Source: Trichoplax adhaerens (Eukaryota > Animalia > Placozoa). From it: a DNA stretch of 64,000 nt. The notes under the pieces are model-generated. The model did not search any database, was not told the origin of the DNA, and worked only from the letters and a program-made list of their open reading frames with translations. The position numbers were made by a program, and so were the translations under genes. Positions 36,619 through 50,671 of the stretch are shown piece by piece. The stretch covers positions 1,802,606 to 1,866,605 of the forward strand of contig NW_002060952.1 in the NCBI RefSeq assembly GCF_000150275.1, given 5' to 3'. Positions within the stretch are counted from its first letter, which is position 1; the number at the start of each line of letters is the position of its first letter.

Positions 36619-36767
36619 TGTGACAAAGTGATCTTCAAAACAATAAATCAAGAACTACAGTTTCTTGCAAATTTCACTTTATTACAGAAGTTAGGTTCGT
36701 CTAACTACCAAGGACTATCTGACTATCTGACAATCTACTTATTACAGCAAAATTCACGATTTATATA
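36619..36767 (+). repeat. 149-bp inverted repeat, left copy (partner 51901-52049)
   Basis: TGTGACAAAGTGATCTTCAAAACAAT...AAATTCACGATTTATATA equals the reverse complement of 51901-52049, with one mismatch by eye. Confidence 0.93.
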
Positions 36768-39700
36768 GCGAACCAGAATGTGACCTCTAGAATTCTAAGG
36801 CGCAAATATTCCAAGTAAAAATTCTATAAAGTTATGCAACTCTTTTTAAATTACTTCTGTATGGTATTTACGCATCGTAGGACATTAACATATAAGAATG
36901 AATGATGTATAAAGACGCAGAATAGTTTAAAGCTATTACCAGAGAGAAAGTAAGTTGATTTAAAACTGAAATCGCTATCGCCCGCAATAAAGTCTTGATT
37001 CACTCTAATAATATGAAAATCGAACATAATGGAGCACATATCTGGCTTTCTATTTTTAAATGTTGGGCTACCCCTACAGCTTGCAAATATTTTGCGTTTT
37101 TACAATAATTATTAAAATATTCTAAGATTGACTGAATGGATACAGTAGAAAAGAGTATATCTACAGTACCTTCAATTGATATTATCATGCATCAGATTTA
37201 ATGTTCCATATACTTTTGCTCGTTAGGAGATCTAGTATCTAATATGAAGTAACCACCAAAGTATCTCTTGTATAGATATATATTAAAGAAGTGTTAAATA
37301 GTCATACTTCAAGATTCATACTTTGCTAGCTATTCAAAGTTATTTTCCTATAAAACTGTAATTCAGCGCAATATAATAAGCACTCTAATATCTTTAAACT
37401 CATAATAGCCCTCAAAGTGTTCATTCATTACTTATTGTTGTATTAATTAACCTAAGCAGAGGTTTAGCTCAAAGTAGAAGTACGTATACAAATAACATAT
37501 TTACTTACTTCTTGATTAGTCATCCTTTAAAATGTTTGACAAGAAAATACATAATTGATCTTGAACTTTATGTTTATGAATGCTGTAACTTCCAATAGTT
37601 ACTTGGCATATTTAGAATGAAATCATATGCTGTTCCAATTATATTACTTATGTTTAAAAGAAAAATAACGAAGCTTTACAGTAAATGTGCTATAAGTTTT
37701 TAGCCAGTATCTTCATTTAGGGTGGATTAAACTGTTATCTAGATACGTCCAGAAAAATTTGCTGCAAAATTTAAAGATAACGATTTTGTCCATGTTCTCA
37801 TATGCTGCAAGAGAAATTCTATTTTGATATTAAACAATGAGTCTAGCAATCTCGGCGCAGCATTAAAGATAAAAGTAGTCGAAAAATGTTGTTTAGAGTC
37901 TATGTTTGATTATTATCAACTAGTTGTCATGCATGCTTCCTTCCATTTAATTACTCATACAAGCATTAAACTTATTATTTAACCTCCACGATCGAGTTAA
38001 TTTATAAGGTGGAAACAGGAATTGAGTAATAGAAATGAAAAATATTTGGTTGGAGCATTAAAAAAGTCTACAGTCCTCATATTTAGATCACGTATCAATA
38101 GGTATGAACTTATTTAAAATCAAACCGATCTAAGTACGGTATTATATACTAATTAACGCCTTTGCAATATGCCTTCAGATTACGATTAGAGTCATTGATC
38201 TTTAATTTTTACTTTTCATTAGTTATAAATTAATCAATGGTTATTTAATAATTCTCAAAATTTCGTTATTAGTGTTTTGTTGCAATATCATTTTGGAATC
38301 ACGCACGAAAAGCATCATGACTAGTTGACATAGACTTAAATTAATTTTCTCAAAACAGTAATTGCATTGTAAGAATAAACCCTCAACATTTGCGTATTCA
38401 ACATTGGAATAACAATAATACTGATTTGCCTTGTGTTATGGTCATGGAATCAGCGAAATTGCTTATGATCGAAAATAACGAATTATTGTATTTAGTTACA
38501 ATAACACTAGTCGTTATGATAAACAGTTAGTACATGTTATCGAAAACATGAAATTCCTTTAATTCCCCTAATAAATATCAGATTAATACAAGCTTTGTAT
38601 ATTCCTATTCAATATTTAAAGTGTTAATATTGTGCAAATTCCATCTTCAGCGACGCCATGAAAATTTTATTTACGTCATACTGACGAACTAGACTTGATG
38701 GCAATGATGTAGTAGGCTATATTGATGACGGCATCGATCGGATTAATTATAACTGCATGGATCTTAGCGAGTTTGTTTTCACCTAGAAGCCTTTGTCAAT
38801 AAAATATTCTAGCTGTGTAATAATATTTAATCTTGAGATTCTTATCAATGTAATAAGTGATCGAAGTAAATGAGTTGTAATTATAAAATAACAAAGGTAT
38901 CTATAATGAATCATTATGTGCTGTATCCACATCAATCATAACATTTAATGAGATTATTAGTATTCATTCTAAAGTCATTAACCCACCCTATGATCACATT
39001 AATTATATAGCTATCGGTATATTATCTTCATTATTATCGTAACTATCAAGTATATTCCGCGGTAAGCAGTAAGTTAGCATTTCATTAATAAGGGTCTCTA
39101 CATAACGACCCAGAAATGTAGTTCACGTATCAGTAAATCGTGTTCGATATGTAATAGACTAAGCCAATGAGAGAAATTGCGATAGAGCTATCCAAGCCAA
39201 TATTAGCAACCGCAAATCATCATACTGTCTTTAGTATTCTGCTTTACTGATATCTGACATATTTTTTGAATAATCCAATGTCCATGCTCGTAGTATACTC
39301 TTAATTAACGCCTAAAATAAATAGAATGCGGATAAGAAAAACTGAATTAAAATGATTTTCTGCTACCGATCTTTCAATTAATAAACTCCACGTTAGATAG
39401 AAAAAACAATTGCAAATTTTTGCAATAAACGCTGTAAAATAAAGTGTGTAATTAGTACCTATAATTTTAATTTACATTAAAACCCGCTAGGTTGGACTAT
39501 GGTATGTTTGTTTATTCAGTTAATGATATTGGCGTCAACACCTTTATTTACATACAATGCGAATGCCATCTTGCCGTCTAATGGTGAGGGCATATCACCT
39601 GTTGTTCCGGCCTATAGTAACCATAACAACGATACTGAATTATTTATTCAATCATATCCCGTGTTGCTTTTAGCAGCGACAACTGGTGAACGTGCCCTAT

Positions 39701-39925
39701 CATTGTGGCACTTTTTATTCGATCTCAAGAAATAAAGAGGGTGTTCTTCAGCTGCTATTTTTCCATATTGAAGTTTCAACTACTTTGGATTGAAATACTT
39801 GTAGTTATAATATTTTACCGTAACTGGTCAAAATAATACTAAGCTACAGATTTATTTTTTTACATTAGCTATTTCTCGATTTTAATTCTCTGAGTTAAGA
39901 ATTATATTCATATTTTCCTATAAAA

Positions 39926-40963
39926 ATGGCGGTAGATGATAATAAAGTTATTGGCATTTTCAATATCATCGTAATAGTTGTATCAATTCCTTCCAATGCC
40001 TTAATTTTACTGACAATGACACTGAACAAGAAATTGCGATCTCCTACCAATCTGTTGGTAGGAAATTTATCTATTGCTAGCTTAGCTATTGCAATATTTC
40101 GTATGCCAGTTAAAACCTACGAATTATTCCACCCAAAACAAGGTTTCCCATTTGGGAATTCGATTGGTATGTGCCGATTCCAACAAATTCTGCCATCTGC
40201 AAGTGTTTTTTGTATATCTTTAACTCTAACGACAATCTGCGTTGATCGTTATATTGCAATCATGCATCCAATGAAACAACACCTAAAGTTGAGCTTGAGA
40301 AAAGTCTATATCTTTATACCATGCAGCTGGATAGTATCATTTGCTTGCTTCGGGGTGTACGCTAGCTACATGGCCACAATTGAAGTAGGACCAGCAGTTT
40401 ACTGCCTTCCAATTTATCCTCCAGGACCTGCAGATATTTTCGTACGTAATGCCACCGGATATGTTATAGCTACCTACCGAGGAACAAAAGTTTCATTGTG
40501 GGCTTGCTTCATCATTTTTGCTTTTCTTATACCATCAGCTGTAATGACAGTTTTGTATTCTATAACAGCAAGATTCTTATGGTCAAGAACTGGTCCTGGA
40601 GATAAAATTACGACTGTAAGAGTTTCAGAAACTCGTCGACGCCTACAGCAAAAGCGTCGAGTAGTTGGAATATTAATCGCTTGTTGTGTTATTTTTATTG
40701 GTGTTAATTTACCATACTATTTCTTATTTATGCTACTGGACTTAGGTCAAATAGTAATTCCAAACGTCGGATTTGTAGTTAACCTATTAATATTGATCAA
40801 TTTATCGTGCATTGTGTATAATCCAGTCATTTACGGGTTCTTTAATCCAAGTATCCGAATTTCAATAGCGAATCTATTGCGTAGAGTGGTAGGAATAGAG
40901 CCTCAACGTATGCGTGCTACGACAGCGACGTCTGTCGTTAATGGACCTTCATCGTATAAATAA
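39926..40963 (+). CDS. Class A GPCR, cluster gene 3
   Basis: 345-aa intronless ORF with LRSPTNLLVGNLS, CVDRY, YCLP, NLPYY and YNPVIYGFFN. Confidence 0.94.
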   Translation: MAVDDNKVIGIFNIIVIVVSIPSNALILLTMTLNKKLRSPTNLLVGNLSIASLAIAIFRMPVKTYELFHPKQGFPFGNSIGMCRFQQILPSASVFCISLTLTTICVDRYIAIMHPMKQHLKLSLRKVYIFIPCSWIVSFACFGVYASYMATIEVGPAVYCLPIYPPGPADIFVRNATGYVIATYRGTKVSLWACFIIFAFLIPSAVMTVLYSITARFLWSRTGPGDKITTVRVSETRRRLQQKRRVVGILIACCVIFIGVNLPYYFLFMLLDLGQIVIPNVGFVVNLLILINLSCIVYNPVIYGFFNPSIRISIANLLRRVVGIEPQRMRATTATSVVNGPSSYK

Positions 40964-41365
40964 TTAATAACCCGATGTAAGTAAAACGTAACCGAAAATA
41001 TCCTGCTGTGTCTTTGCTTGTAATGTTATTTATCATTAATTGCTATGCAATTCTTTAAAAATTTCTGGTTTTATTTCTATATTTACTAGAGCTTAAGAGC
41101 TAATCGATATCTAATGTAATTTATTGAGTACCCACTTCATCAATACTCCAATCAGTTCTTACACCCTAGTTTAACATATTTAATCGATTACTTAATTTAC
41201 ATCATTACTTTTATAATGGTCATCAACATATATTAGGCAACGATATTTTGGGTTATTAAGATTAAAAGTAAATTGATTCCGTGTGCATTCGTTAGCTAAA
41301 CGTCTAGTAGACCTTTAACATGGATCGTAATTAAGACTGCATTTAAAGAAACTGCAATAGCTCAA

Positions 41366-41613
41366 AGCAATTCGACAGCGTAGCATAGCACATATGGAAT
41401 ATGTTGATACGTGTATATCAACGGTAGAAATAGGAATTAATTTTCAAGTGAATTCGTTAGTTAATCGCTTAGTACAATTTTTTTAGATAGGCCATCATTA
41501 ATGGTACAGTTATAAAAATTCCAGTCACTGGAAGCAAATTCGATAGCACAGTATGGCACGCGTTGACTATGCTAATACGTGTAATTCAACTATAGCAACA
41601 AGAAATAAATTTT
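41366..41613 (+). repeat. Diverged two-copy direct repeat (~80 bp, ~165-bp period)
   Basis: AAGCAATTCGACAGC...ATACGTGTATATCAAC...AATTTT versus AAGCAAATTCGATAGC...ATACGTGTAATTCAAC...AATTTT. Confidence 0.65.
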
Positions 41614-44600
41614 ATTTCGAAAACTACGATTTATGCATAAACTTTTGATTTCCTAAGTATAAAATCTACTATACGGTACTTCTCCATGCCTATTTGTACC
41701 GATTTTAATTTACTATCTTAGGTGTCCGTAAGACTTATTCTTCTAATAGTTTGGGATTGTTAAATGCATCATTCTATAGCTATATCTTAGGATGAATCAA
41801 TAATTTTCTATCTTGCAAAAGAATAATAATATTAAAATTTTCTTTCCAAGTTGGCAAAGCAAATCTATATCAGTAGATCATACAAATAGATGATTTTTAA
41901 GTTATCCAACAAATGCTTTAATTAAGAAGTTTGAAGTATACTAAATATTAATAAAGTGAAACTTAAAATATGAATCAAACGATGCCCATAGTCTGCTTTA
42001 TCATAACTTTACAGTACTTTATTCCGGAATGTAAAATACTATGTTTTCCTATAGGCTTTTTATCTTTGCAGTTGAGTTGTTAAAAGCTTAAATCTTGCCT
42101 TAGTGCAAATTAATGGTAATAATGACCAAGGATCTACAGTAAATGATTCTTAGTAATTCCAATGCAATACTAGATTTAAACGATAAACTACTAAAACAAG
42201 AATAATGTATTGTGAACAACTAAAAAATTTCTTTCCACCACAATGTTATATTTAAACAATACCGGTATTTAACATATAAGCGAGTGAAATAGCGCAGTAT
42301 TCACACACTGTTGTCTCAACTATTCAATGGTCTAAGTTCTTACTCCGAAATAATTGCATTATTCACATATATTATAATCAAGATATCTTGTTTATTTCAG
42401 AAATACAGCTGAAAATCGATATCCTGATAGCTAAAATGAGGCGATAGCAAGAATGAAATAAACAGGATCAAAATTCTTAGCTATCATCTCTGAAATAATG
42501 TTCCGGACAAGATTTAAATATCAGTAGGAATAAGGATATCATTCCATTTCTAACTGGGAGATTTCCGTCTCTTTGTCACAAAGACACTTCAAAAAATTGC
42601 AACACACTGTGCAAATCTAGACTACTGGATTACGTCTTCGCTTAAATTTGGATACTATCCATGTTTTCAGTAAATTTAATTTACCACTGAGGAACCAATG
42701 AACTACACAATTTCGACTATTTCCCGATATTTTTGATTAAATTTTTATTAACTAATTTCTTGTAATTTTTTTTTCCTGTGCTTATAGCACGCAATGATAT
42801 GACGTTTATTAAACCACAACCGGTATAACACTATCCTTAATTCTGATTTCTTCGAAAGATATTTTATTTAAGGTAGATAGTGCAAGCAAGTTACTGCTCA
42901 AATTCTTAAGTAGTAATAAAAATTTCTTTAGCTTTACTTTCTCTCAAGAATAGAACTTTCATTTTTCAAGCTAGATATCTTAAATATTGCTTTGTATTTC
43001 CTGCAAATGTTAAGATTGCTTGGAGATTATCAGTAATACTATATGTTACCATTTTAAATTGAGGTTGTTATCAATCTTGAACATGCACTGTTACCCTTTC
43101 ATTTCACTAGATATTTAACGCTGTGCAAGACTAGTGTATCATTGCATAATTCTTATCATACAAAGCTAATGTAACATTATTTCAAGTCAAAAGAATCATG
43201 AATCATAAATAAACTACATTCTACTTTAACATCAATCACAAGCTTTACTTAATAGTTCATATTTTAATTTACATACTCTATCTTATACTGTACATAAAAT
43301 GAGATATCAATTCATTAAAATCGGGAAGATTTTAAGCGTTTAATAAAGAAATGATAATATGATGTACGAATAAGATGCCTCTTTTTAAGTAAACTAAAGC
43401 TGCAGACTACCCTATCTAGTATGGTAAAATTATATTTACCTTCCTCACCCTAGCTGATTTCCAGTGCTAAGGCGTATACTTCAGATCTATTTGATTCCAA
43501 AAATATCAACTTGCGATAATAACATTATGATAGAATTAAGCGATGATAAGGATGCAATCTCAGTTAAAGGATGGATGAAAGCTACGTATTACGGCACTAA
43601 AGTATTTCATGGCTATTGAAATAAGATCTGACTAGTCTCCATAGTCTGTATTAAAATTGAAACTAAAGGCAAAATAATTTATAATGTAGTACATAACGGT
43701 TGCTCCTATACATTAGCCGATTATATTTATACAAATAGATTTTATTAATGGGTTATGGTCGTCTGCATTCTATTTATATAAATTTTATGCTGCTAATTGT
43801 ATAGAAAGTTCAACACCTGCATCGAACATAATATTAGACTACTTTTCATATCCCACAGGATTTGATCATAAGCATGCGCTCTAGCAGAATAGTCATTTTT
43901 TAATTAGAACCTTGACCTTAGCACATTCCGTTATAAAGTTATCTATTTATAAGTAATTAATACAGCTGAAGAATTAATTAGAAATCAAGACGAATGGAAG
44001 AAGCTTTTCACATCTGTAAGAAACCATCCTTGGTATATGTTGCTTGCGACTAATTTTAATTAATGAATTCGTTATTAATTTTATTAAAATTTCATTACAT
44101 TACTGCTGAAATACAATTTTTAGGGATGTATAATTATTGAGATAGAAATACTTTAACACAAAGGTAAATGTACTTTTGTTATAAAAAACAATCTATTCTA
44201 AAGTATGGACTGGTTACGTAAGGTAAAGTCTAATGTTAATAAATAGTACGGTATCAAAAACATATTAAGATAGCGCTGGTGAAAAGAAAACGAATTTGTT
44301 AAAAAAATTAATTCTCAGTTTAATCACTGTAGATTAAAAATTACAGCATGGATTACTGTACACTACCCTAGCAACAGTTAGCAGCTGCGTAAGATATTTC
44401 ACTTAGGGGCATATGTTGTCGTTTTCCTACAGATGATAACCCATCTGTGGCTACCTTACCTTTTTCTAAAAGTAAGCGAAAAGTACAGTAATAATCTGAT
44501 TACAAGTCATACTGCATCCTGGAATATTGATAAAATGATTCATTACTAGAGTCTGAAGTTTGGAAAAGAAACCAACAATACTGTATAGGATTAAGATCAT

Positions 44601-47221
44601 CTTACGTCTGAAACACACCAAAAATCTCAAAATTGACATAGAGTATTTTAATCATACGAACTATGCGGTAGACTGACGACTGTAATGACGTAAACGGAAG
44701 TCAAGGAAAGAAATTATATTAAAGGATACCATTCAATTAGGATTACAGTATAGCCTGTCTGCTATGAGTGCTGATTTAGGCGATCAATGACGTAGTAAGA
44801 AGATTATATTAATTAAGCGAGTAAAATGATGTAAAATGAACATGTTATTAGTAGTAGAAATCAGTAATAATGCTGAGTTAAATGTTCAATTTCATAGAAA
44901 GTTTATAGCACTTTTGGAATTGAAATAGGGCTCAACGCATAGATATCGAATAATAATGACCATAGACATTTTAATTTCCGTATAAGATAGAAAAATAAAA
45001 TTGAAATACAAGTGAATAGTAATGCAATAACTATATTATTTTTTGTGTTTTATAAAAGAGGTAAATAAAATTTCTTTAGTAATTAATGTATGAGTGCCAT
45101 TTTATCATGCATTCTTTTGGATTAAATAAGATGAAAGGGCTACTTCAGTAATTGTCTACTAACTATAAAGTAAATCATTATCATATATATTTCAATAGAA
45201 GAGATAACTGAAATTCGAGTTATTCTTGTAATTGGCAGCAATTACAAGTAATTCCAATCGCATCAGTGAGATAAACTACAAAATAAATTATGCTAAGGAT
45301 TACCAAAACATTTTCTACCTTTCTTATTCCTTTGCATGGTGTAAATTATAGATTAAATTTTGTGTTAAAATATGAAACAATAAAATTTATACAGACTGTG
45401 GTTTTAATTGCAATATATGATTACCCTTGAAGCTTAATACTCTTTCAAGGCTTCATAATTTAAAAAATTAATAAATCTTCATTATGATAACGTTTGTATT
45501 ATCATGACTAAAGAAAGCAATTAGGAAGAAGGTTATATTAAATACAATATTAGTGGACAATGATAATATATAATTTATGATTTACATACAGTAGTACTTA
45601 TTGCAACTCATATTTCTAATTTCCTTCAAGTCGAGATCGGATCTTAGACAAATAGAAATCATTTCCATATTATGCAAGAGAAAAATTTAAAAAGCGACCA
45701 AAAAGAGTAAACGATTATATTTTCATAACTTGATGCCCTTGGATTTTCGTCCAATTATTTGCCCATAGCGATCATGCTATCCTGTACTGTTAGTTTGTAA
45801 TAAAACACCAAGTCGATTGCTTATTCAGCAATCAATTTTTCAATAGGGAATTTACTTTACGCATTCTTAAAATCTTATTTAGTGAAGACCTTCCTTGATG
45901 AAACCGGTAGGCAGGCAAGAAGTTCTTTTTGTCCGTAATTACCGAGTGCAATAGATAGATAACATTATCACAGTAAATTTAGTGAATTATTTATTTATCA
46001 AGGTTACTCTCTTGCCTCTAAGGTGCTCTTACTTAAAATTTAGTGATGAAAATGATTACTAACTATCCTAAGTCTGGTAAACTTGACTTCGTTTTCATTT
46101 AATTCCCACAATAAATAATTCTTACATTACCATTGAAAATATTTTAGGAAATTAAAATTACATTCTAGCAATTAGAAACTTGATCAAGCACCTGATATTA
46201 AAGTAATAATTATTTAATGAGTTCATTTGCTTCTGAAATTATTCAAATATTAGCTGATGGAATTTCTACTTCCGTTACTTTTAGTGATTCTAACTGTTTT
46301 CTATCAATGAAATATTTAATGATTTCCGTTACAATTTTAACCTTACTATAACATCCTATTATGATAGAATTGTTAAGTTAAACTCAGTTATTAATTATGT
46401 TATATCCATTTACGTAAATCTCATCTTGTTAGCCTCTCTAGTCTATTATTTTACGTAATCCCTGTCGATTTACCCCAAATAGACTTTACAAAATCATTCA
46501 ACAGACATAAGAAATATTGGCGAATATATAGAAATAGTTCTTTAATACTTCAGTTATCATGTGTATGACGAAATCCAGGACATTAGAATAAATTAAGATT
46601 TGAATATCAGTGAAAGAGAGTCAGAATTGACGCCACATGCGACTTTTTGTAGAAAAACATGAATCTACAGGGATACATATTATTGAATAAGGCATTCCTT
46701 CTGTTGTAACCATTGTTACCTCCTAAACAATATATAGTCATTACTGAATACTATCCACTTTCAATGTAATCAACAAACTAGCGTGATAAATAACATTCGT
46801 CTTTTGTACTACAATCTAGTCATCATTCAATTATACGAATATGTCATTAAAATTGGACAATAGTGGCAATATTTCAATTAAACAATAGTTTTCTTAAGAA
46901 TAAGACCATGTGGGTAACTTCGTTGTGTATCGCCTCAGGTAACTGAAGTTGTTTATTTGTCAATTTAAAAGTACTAATATATACTAAGATTAACACCCAG
47001 ATATCATCAGTTTATGATTTATAATTTTCATTGGCAATCATTTTAGGGTTAGTTATCCAAGAAAGCTTACATGATTTAGACATTAATATACTTCATCACT
47101 TAATCATTTTACTTCATTGAAATCCATTTCAAGGACAAGACTACAAATCAAGGATATTTTACTCTATGCTTATCATTATATTAGTAGGTATACATTACTA
47201 ACTAACTATTCAAATTCATAG

Positions 47222-47245
47222 ATATATGTATATATATATATATAT
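47222..47245. repeat. (TA)n microsatellite upstream of GPCR gene 4
   Basis: ATATATGTATATATATATATATAT. Confidence 0.85.
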
Positions 47246-47386
47246 GAACACATACATAGGAAGATATTGATTTAAGCTATCGAATAACTACGAGCAAATA
47301 AAAGAAATAGACAAGTAGAATCACAGCTAAGGAAAAGACTGAAAGTTAATTTATTGCCACTTAACCGAATTTTGATAATTGTCGAT

Positions 47387-48673
47387 ATGGCTGACCAATT
47401 AACTATTAACGCTTTCTTGATCATCGCTGTCTTTTATATCATCATGATGGCCGTCTCGATTCCAGCCAACTTATTAATTATTATTGCTACTATCACCGAT
47501 AAAAAATTACGATCGCCAACCAACATGCTGGTATGCAATTTATCAGTAGCTAGTTTAATTATTGCTACTTTACGTATCCCTGTTAAGCTATACGAATTAT
47601 TGAACCCGGATGCGAGCTTTCTCTTTCCTAACTCAACAGCTATGTGCCAGTTTCAACAAATTTTACCAGCTTCTTGCGTATTATGTATTTCGATAACTTT
47701 AACTACAATTTGCGTTGATCGTTTCATGGCAATTATGTATCCAATGAAGCAACACTTAAAAATGACTCTAATTAGGTTATATATCTTTTTACCTTGTAGT
47801 TGGATCGTTGCTTTTGCTTGTTTTATTGCTTATGCTTCTTATGCAACACTGTTTCCTTATAAAGGCAATATTTATTGCGTACCAGTGTATCCAAAAGGTC
47901 AAAACGATATTATTATACATGAAACTACCGCCAACGAAACATATCCTCGAACGATTGAAGCAACCAAGATAGCGATATGGAGTTTATTTATACCTTTTGC
48001 TTTTCTAATCCCCTCAATTATCATGAGCACACTCTATATCCGTCTTGTGTTACATCTATGGTCTGGTAAAGGTCCAAGCGATGAAACACATACTATTGCA
48101 CTAAGGGATCAAATTAAAAGGCTTAAACAAAAACGGCGCGTGATTAAAATCTTAATAGCATGCTGCACCGTTTTTATCGCCACCAATTTACCATACTATA
48201 TCATCATAATGCTTTTAGATATGGGATTTATAACAGTTGCCAATACTAGTATTGTAGTTAATACGCTAATTATGGTTAATTTATCTGCAATTGCCTATAA
48301 TCCCATCATTTATGGCTATTTTAACAAAAGTTTTCGCTACCGTGTCGATGCTATGATACGCAATATGGTTGGCCTGACGCCTCGACGTCGTCGAACTTTC
48401 ACGGTTAGTTCCAATACAGCTACCTCACAAGCGCCTAATAACTCTCAACGCTATAGTCCAAGACAACCGGGCAAAACTAACCCGAAAGAAACCTATCTAA
48501 AAACTACACCTAGAGAGCCTGCTAAATCATGTATTAGAGAAAATACCAAGCCTAAAGTAACCGAATCAGTTAAAAATACTGAAAGAGCATCCATTGAGAC
48601 CACTTTAACAGAATCTGTTTATTCTTATTCTATTGAATCATTCAGACATTCCAAATATTCTTCGGATGTTTAA
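47387..48673 (+). CDS. Class A GPCR, cluster gene 4, long Ser/Thr-rich C-tail
   Basis: The ORF track starts at TTG 47354; the first ATG is 47387 (MADQ). Motifs: LRSPTNMLVCNLS, CVDRF, YCVP, NLPYY, YNPIIYGYFNKSFR. Confidence 0.94.
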   Translation: MADQLTINAFLIIAVFYIIMMAVSIPANLLIIIATITDKKLRSPTNMLVCNLSVASLIIATLRIPVKLYELLNPDASFLFPNSTAMCQFQQILPASCVLCISITLTTICVDRFMAIMYPMKQHLKMTLIRLYIFLPCSWIVAFACFIAYASYATLFPYKGNIYCVPVYPKGQNDIIIHETTANETYPRTIEATKIAIWSLFIPFAFLIPSIIMSTLYIRLVLHLWSGKGPSDETHTIALRDQIKRLKQKRRVIKILIACCTVFIATNLPYYIIIMLLDMGFITVANTSIVVNTLIMVNLSAIAYNPIIYGYFNKSFRYRVDAMIRNMVGLTPRRRRTFTVSSNTATSQAPNNSQRYSPRQPGKTNPKETYLKTTPREPAKSCIRENTKPKVTESVKNTERASIETTLTESVYSYSIESFRHSKYSSDV

Positions 48674-50621
48674 CAATACGTTAGTAATGATTCATCAAGT
48701 AAAGTTTAATGCGAGTTAAATTTCGAACTAGACTTCCGTCTAACAAGACTCTACATATCAATCAATATCATCTTGAATCAAAACTAATATTGCTCTTTTG
48801 AATTAGATTACTTTTTCGCGATCTTGCGACCATAATGTGTACTCATTGCTCACATTTTATCACATTTATTACAGAAAGTCATTTTTGGATGTAACAACAT
48901 ATTTTAACAATGATATATAGGCATATGCATAAGTATAAATTTTAATCTTGCAAAGCAACATCGAAGATTGAGCAATCCATTTAGATTTGACACAATGAAT
49001 AACACATAGTATCGTGTTTATACTTGCGAATCATATAAAATCTATATTTTTATACCTCTGATGCTTTATATATTAATAGATTATTCTATAGTATCACAAA
49101 CTGAAACAGTATCGTCTAATTTGAAATTGTTTTTCTGTGCTTTGCATTCATTGACGCATGATAACACCTTATTCAACTAAAAACGATGGATGTATATTGT
49201 CAAATTCAAGTTATACCCATTACCACATCAGGGCATATAATTTTTCAACAATAAATTAAAAATTATGTTACCATTACTAAGCTTTATACTATATAATTTT
49301 ATAATAGATGTATTAACTATGGTATATCTCAAGTTTCATACTCGACGTTACGAAAGTCGAGTAGATATATTATGTACAATCTGTGCCATTACTAAATTAA
49401 TTTTGTAAACTTGTCTACCAATACAACATTGACATGGTGATTAGTTTAATTAATAATGGAGACCTTAATCCTTTATTATCAATAATAAAATACTATCATA
49501 AACCGAATACTATCGAGATCACAATTTTTTTGCGTTATAGGAATTCATCAGTATCGTTATAGCTTTGACGATGGTAATCATTAATTGTAAGAAAACATTT
49601 AGGAAAAGTAATGATAATGTAATTATTAAAAAAATCACAAATTACACTTCTATGATTGAAATTACTCTTCGTAGTTTGCATGCAATTAGAAGCATTTTGT
49701 TGGAAGTCTTCCATACTCTATCTAATTGCTATTTAAAAAATATAATTTACGACGTCATATGCTGTGATGAAGACTATTTCTTAAAAAACAAGCATGAACT
49801 TTAGAGCAAACTATTTACTTGTTGGCTATCATGTAATATTTTTAATAATTATAGTAATTCAATAAATTAACATCACAATAGCGCATTAGTGATATTGTCT
49901 AACTTCTTTTAGTATCAATAAGCTTAAATTCTGCCTTCAATTATATCCTATTCTACGCACTGTGAACAGTCGTATTTTAACTATAACTTCATTAATATTA
50001 TTGACATTTCATTAAATACTAAGTACTTTGACGTAATGAATTTTCATATAAACAAATTATTAGTAAACACATTCATCCAACACTGATCATAACGATAAAC
50101 ACTTTCTCGTAAATAATTAAATGTATATTGTAAAATACTTCTGGATCTTGTTATTGGTATAAGATCGCATTTATAAGGAACAAAGAGCTTGTTTACGACA
50201 GTAATTTCAAAATAAGATAAAAATTATGTTATTTCAATTTATCGAAACTAGTTCAGTGAAGGTTATAACTAAAAGGACGATGTCTCTGCTTGTAGTGATC
50301 GTATAAAATCAAGATATACTCATGTTCACTGCTAGTGTAATATTGATACTAACTTAATTACTTATAAATTCATTAAAATAATATTAATAATCGAAAGTCA
50401 CCCTTGGTAAATGCGATCATATTCTTGACACTGTCTTTGCGAATCAAAGTTCAATTTTTAAATACTGAAAGATTTTTTTATTTGTAACATTTACCATAGT
50501 GGCCCTAATTTAATTACCAAAATTTTAGATATCTTTAGTATTTACTCAGTAAGAGCCAAAAATTTAATTAAAGTATTTAAGTTGTACTCCAATTTTTTTA
50601 TTGGGTGCGTCATGTAGTATT

Positions 50622-50671
50622 AAAAGTTTCCTGTACTCAATGATTATAAGCATTGAGTACAGGAAACTTTT
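50622..50671. repeat. Perfect 21-bp inverted repeat with 8-nt loop
   Basis: AAAAGTTTCCTGTACTCAATG-ATTATAAG-CATTGAGTACAGGAAACTTTT. Confidence 0.95.
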
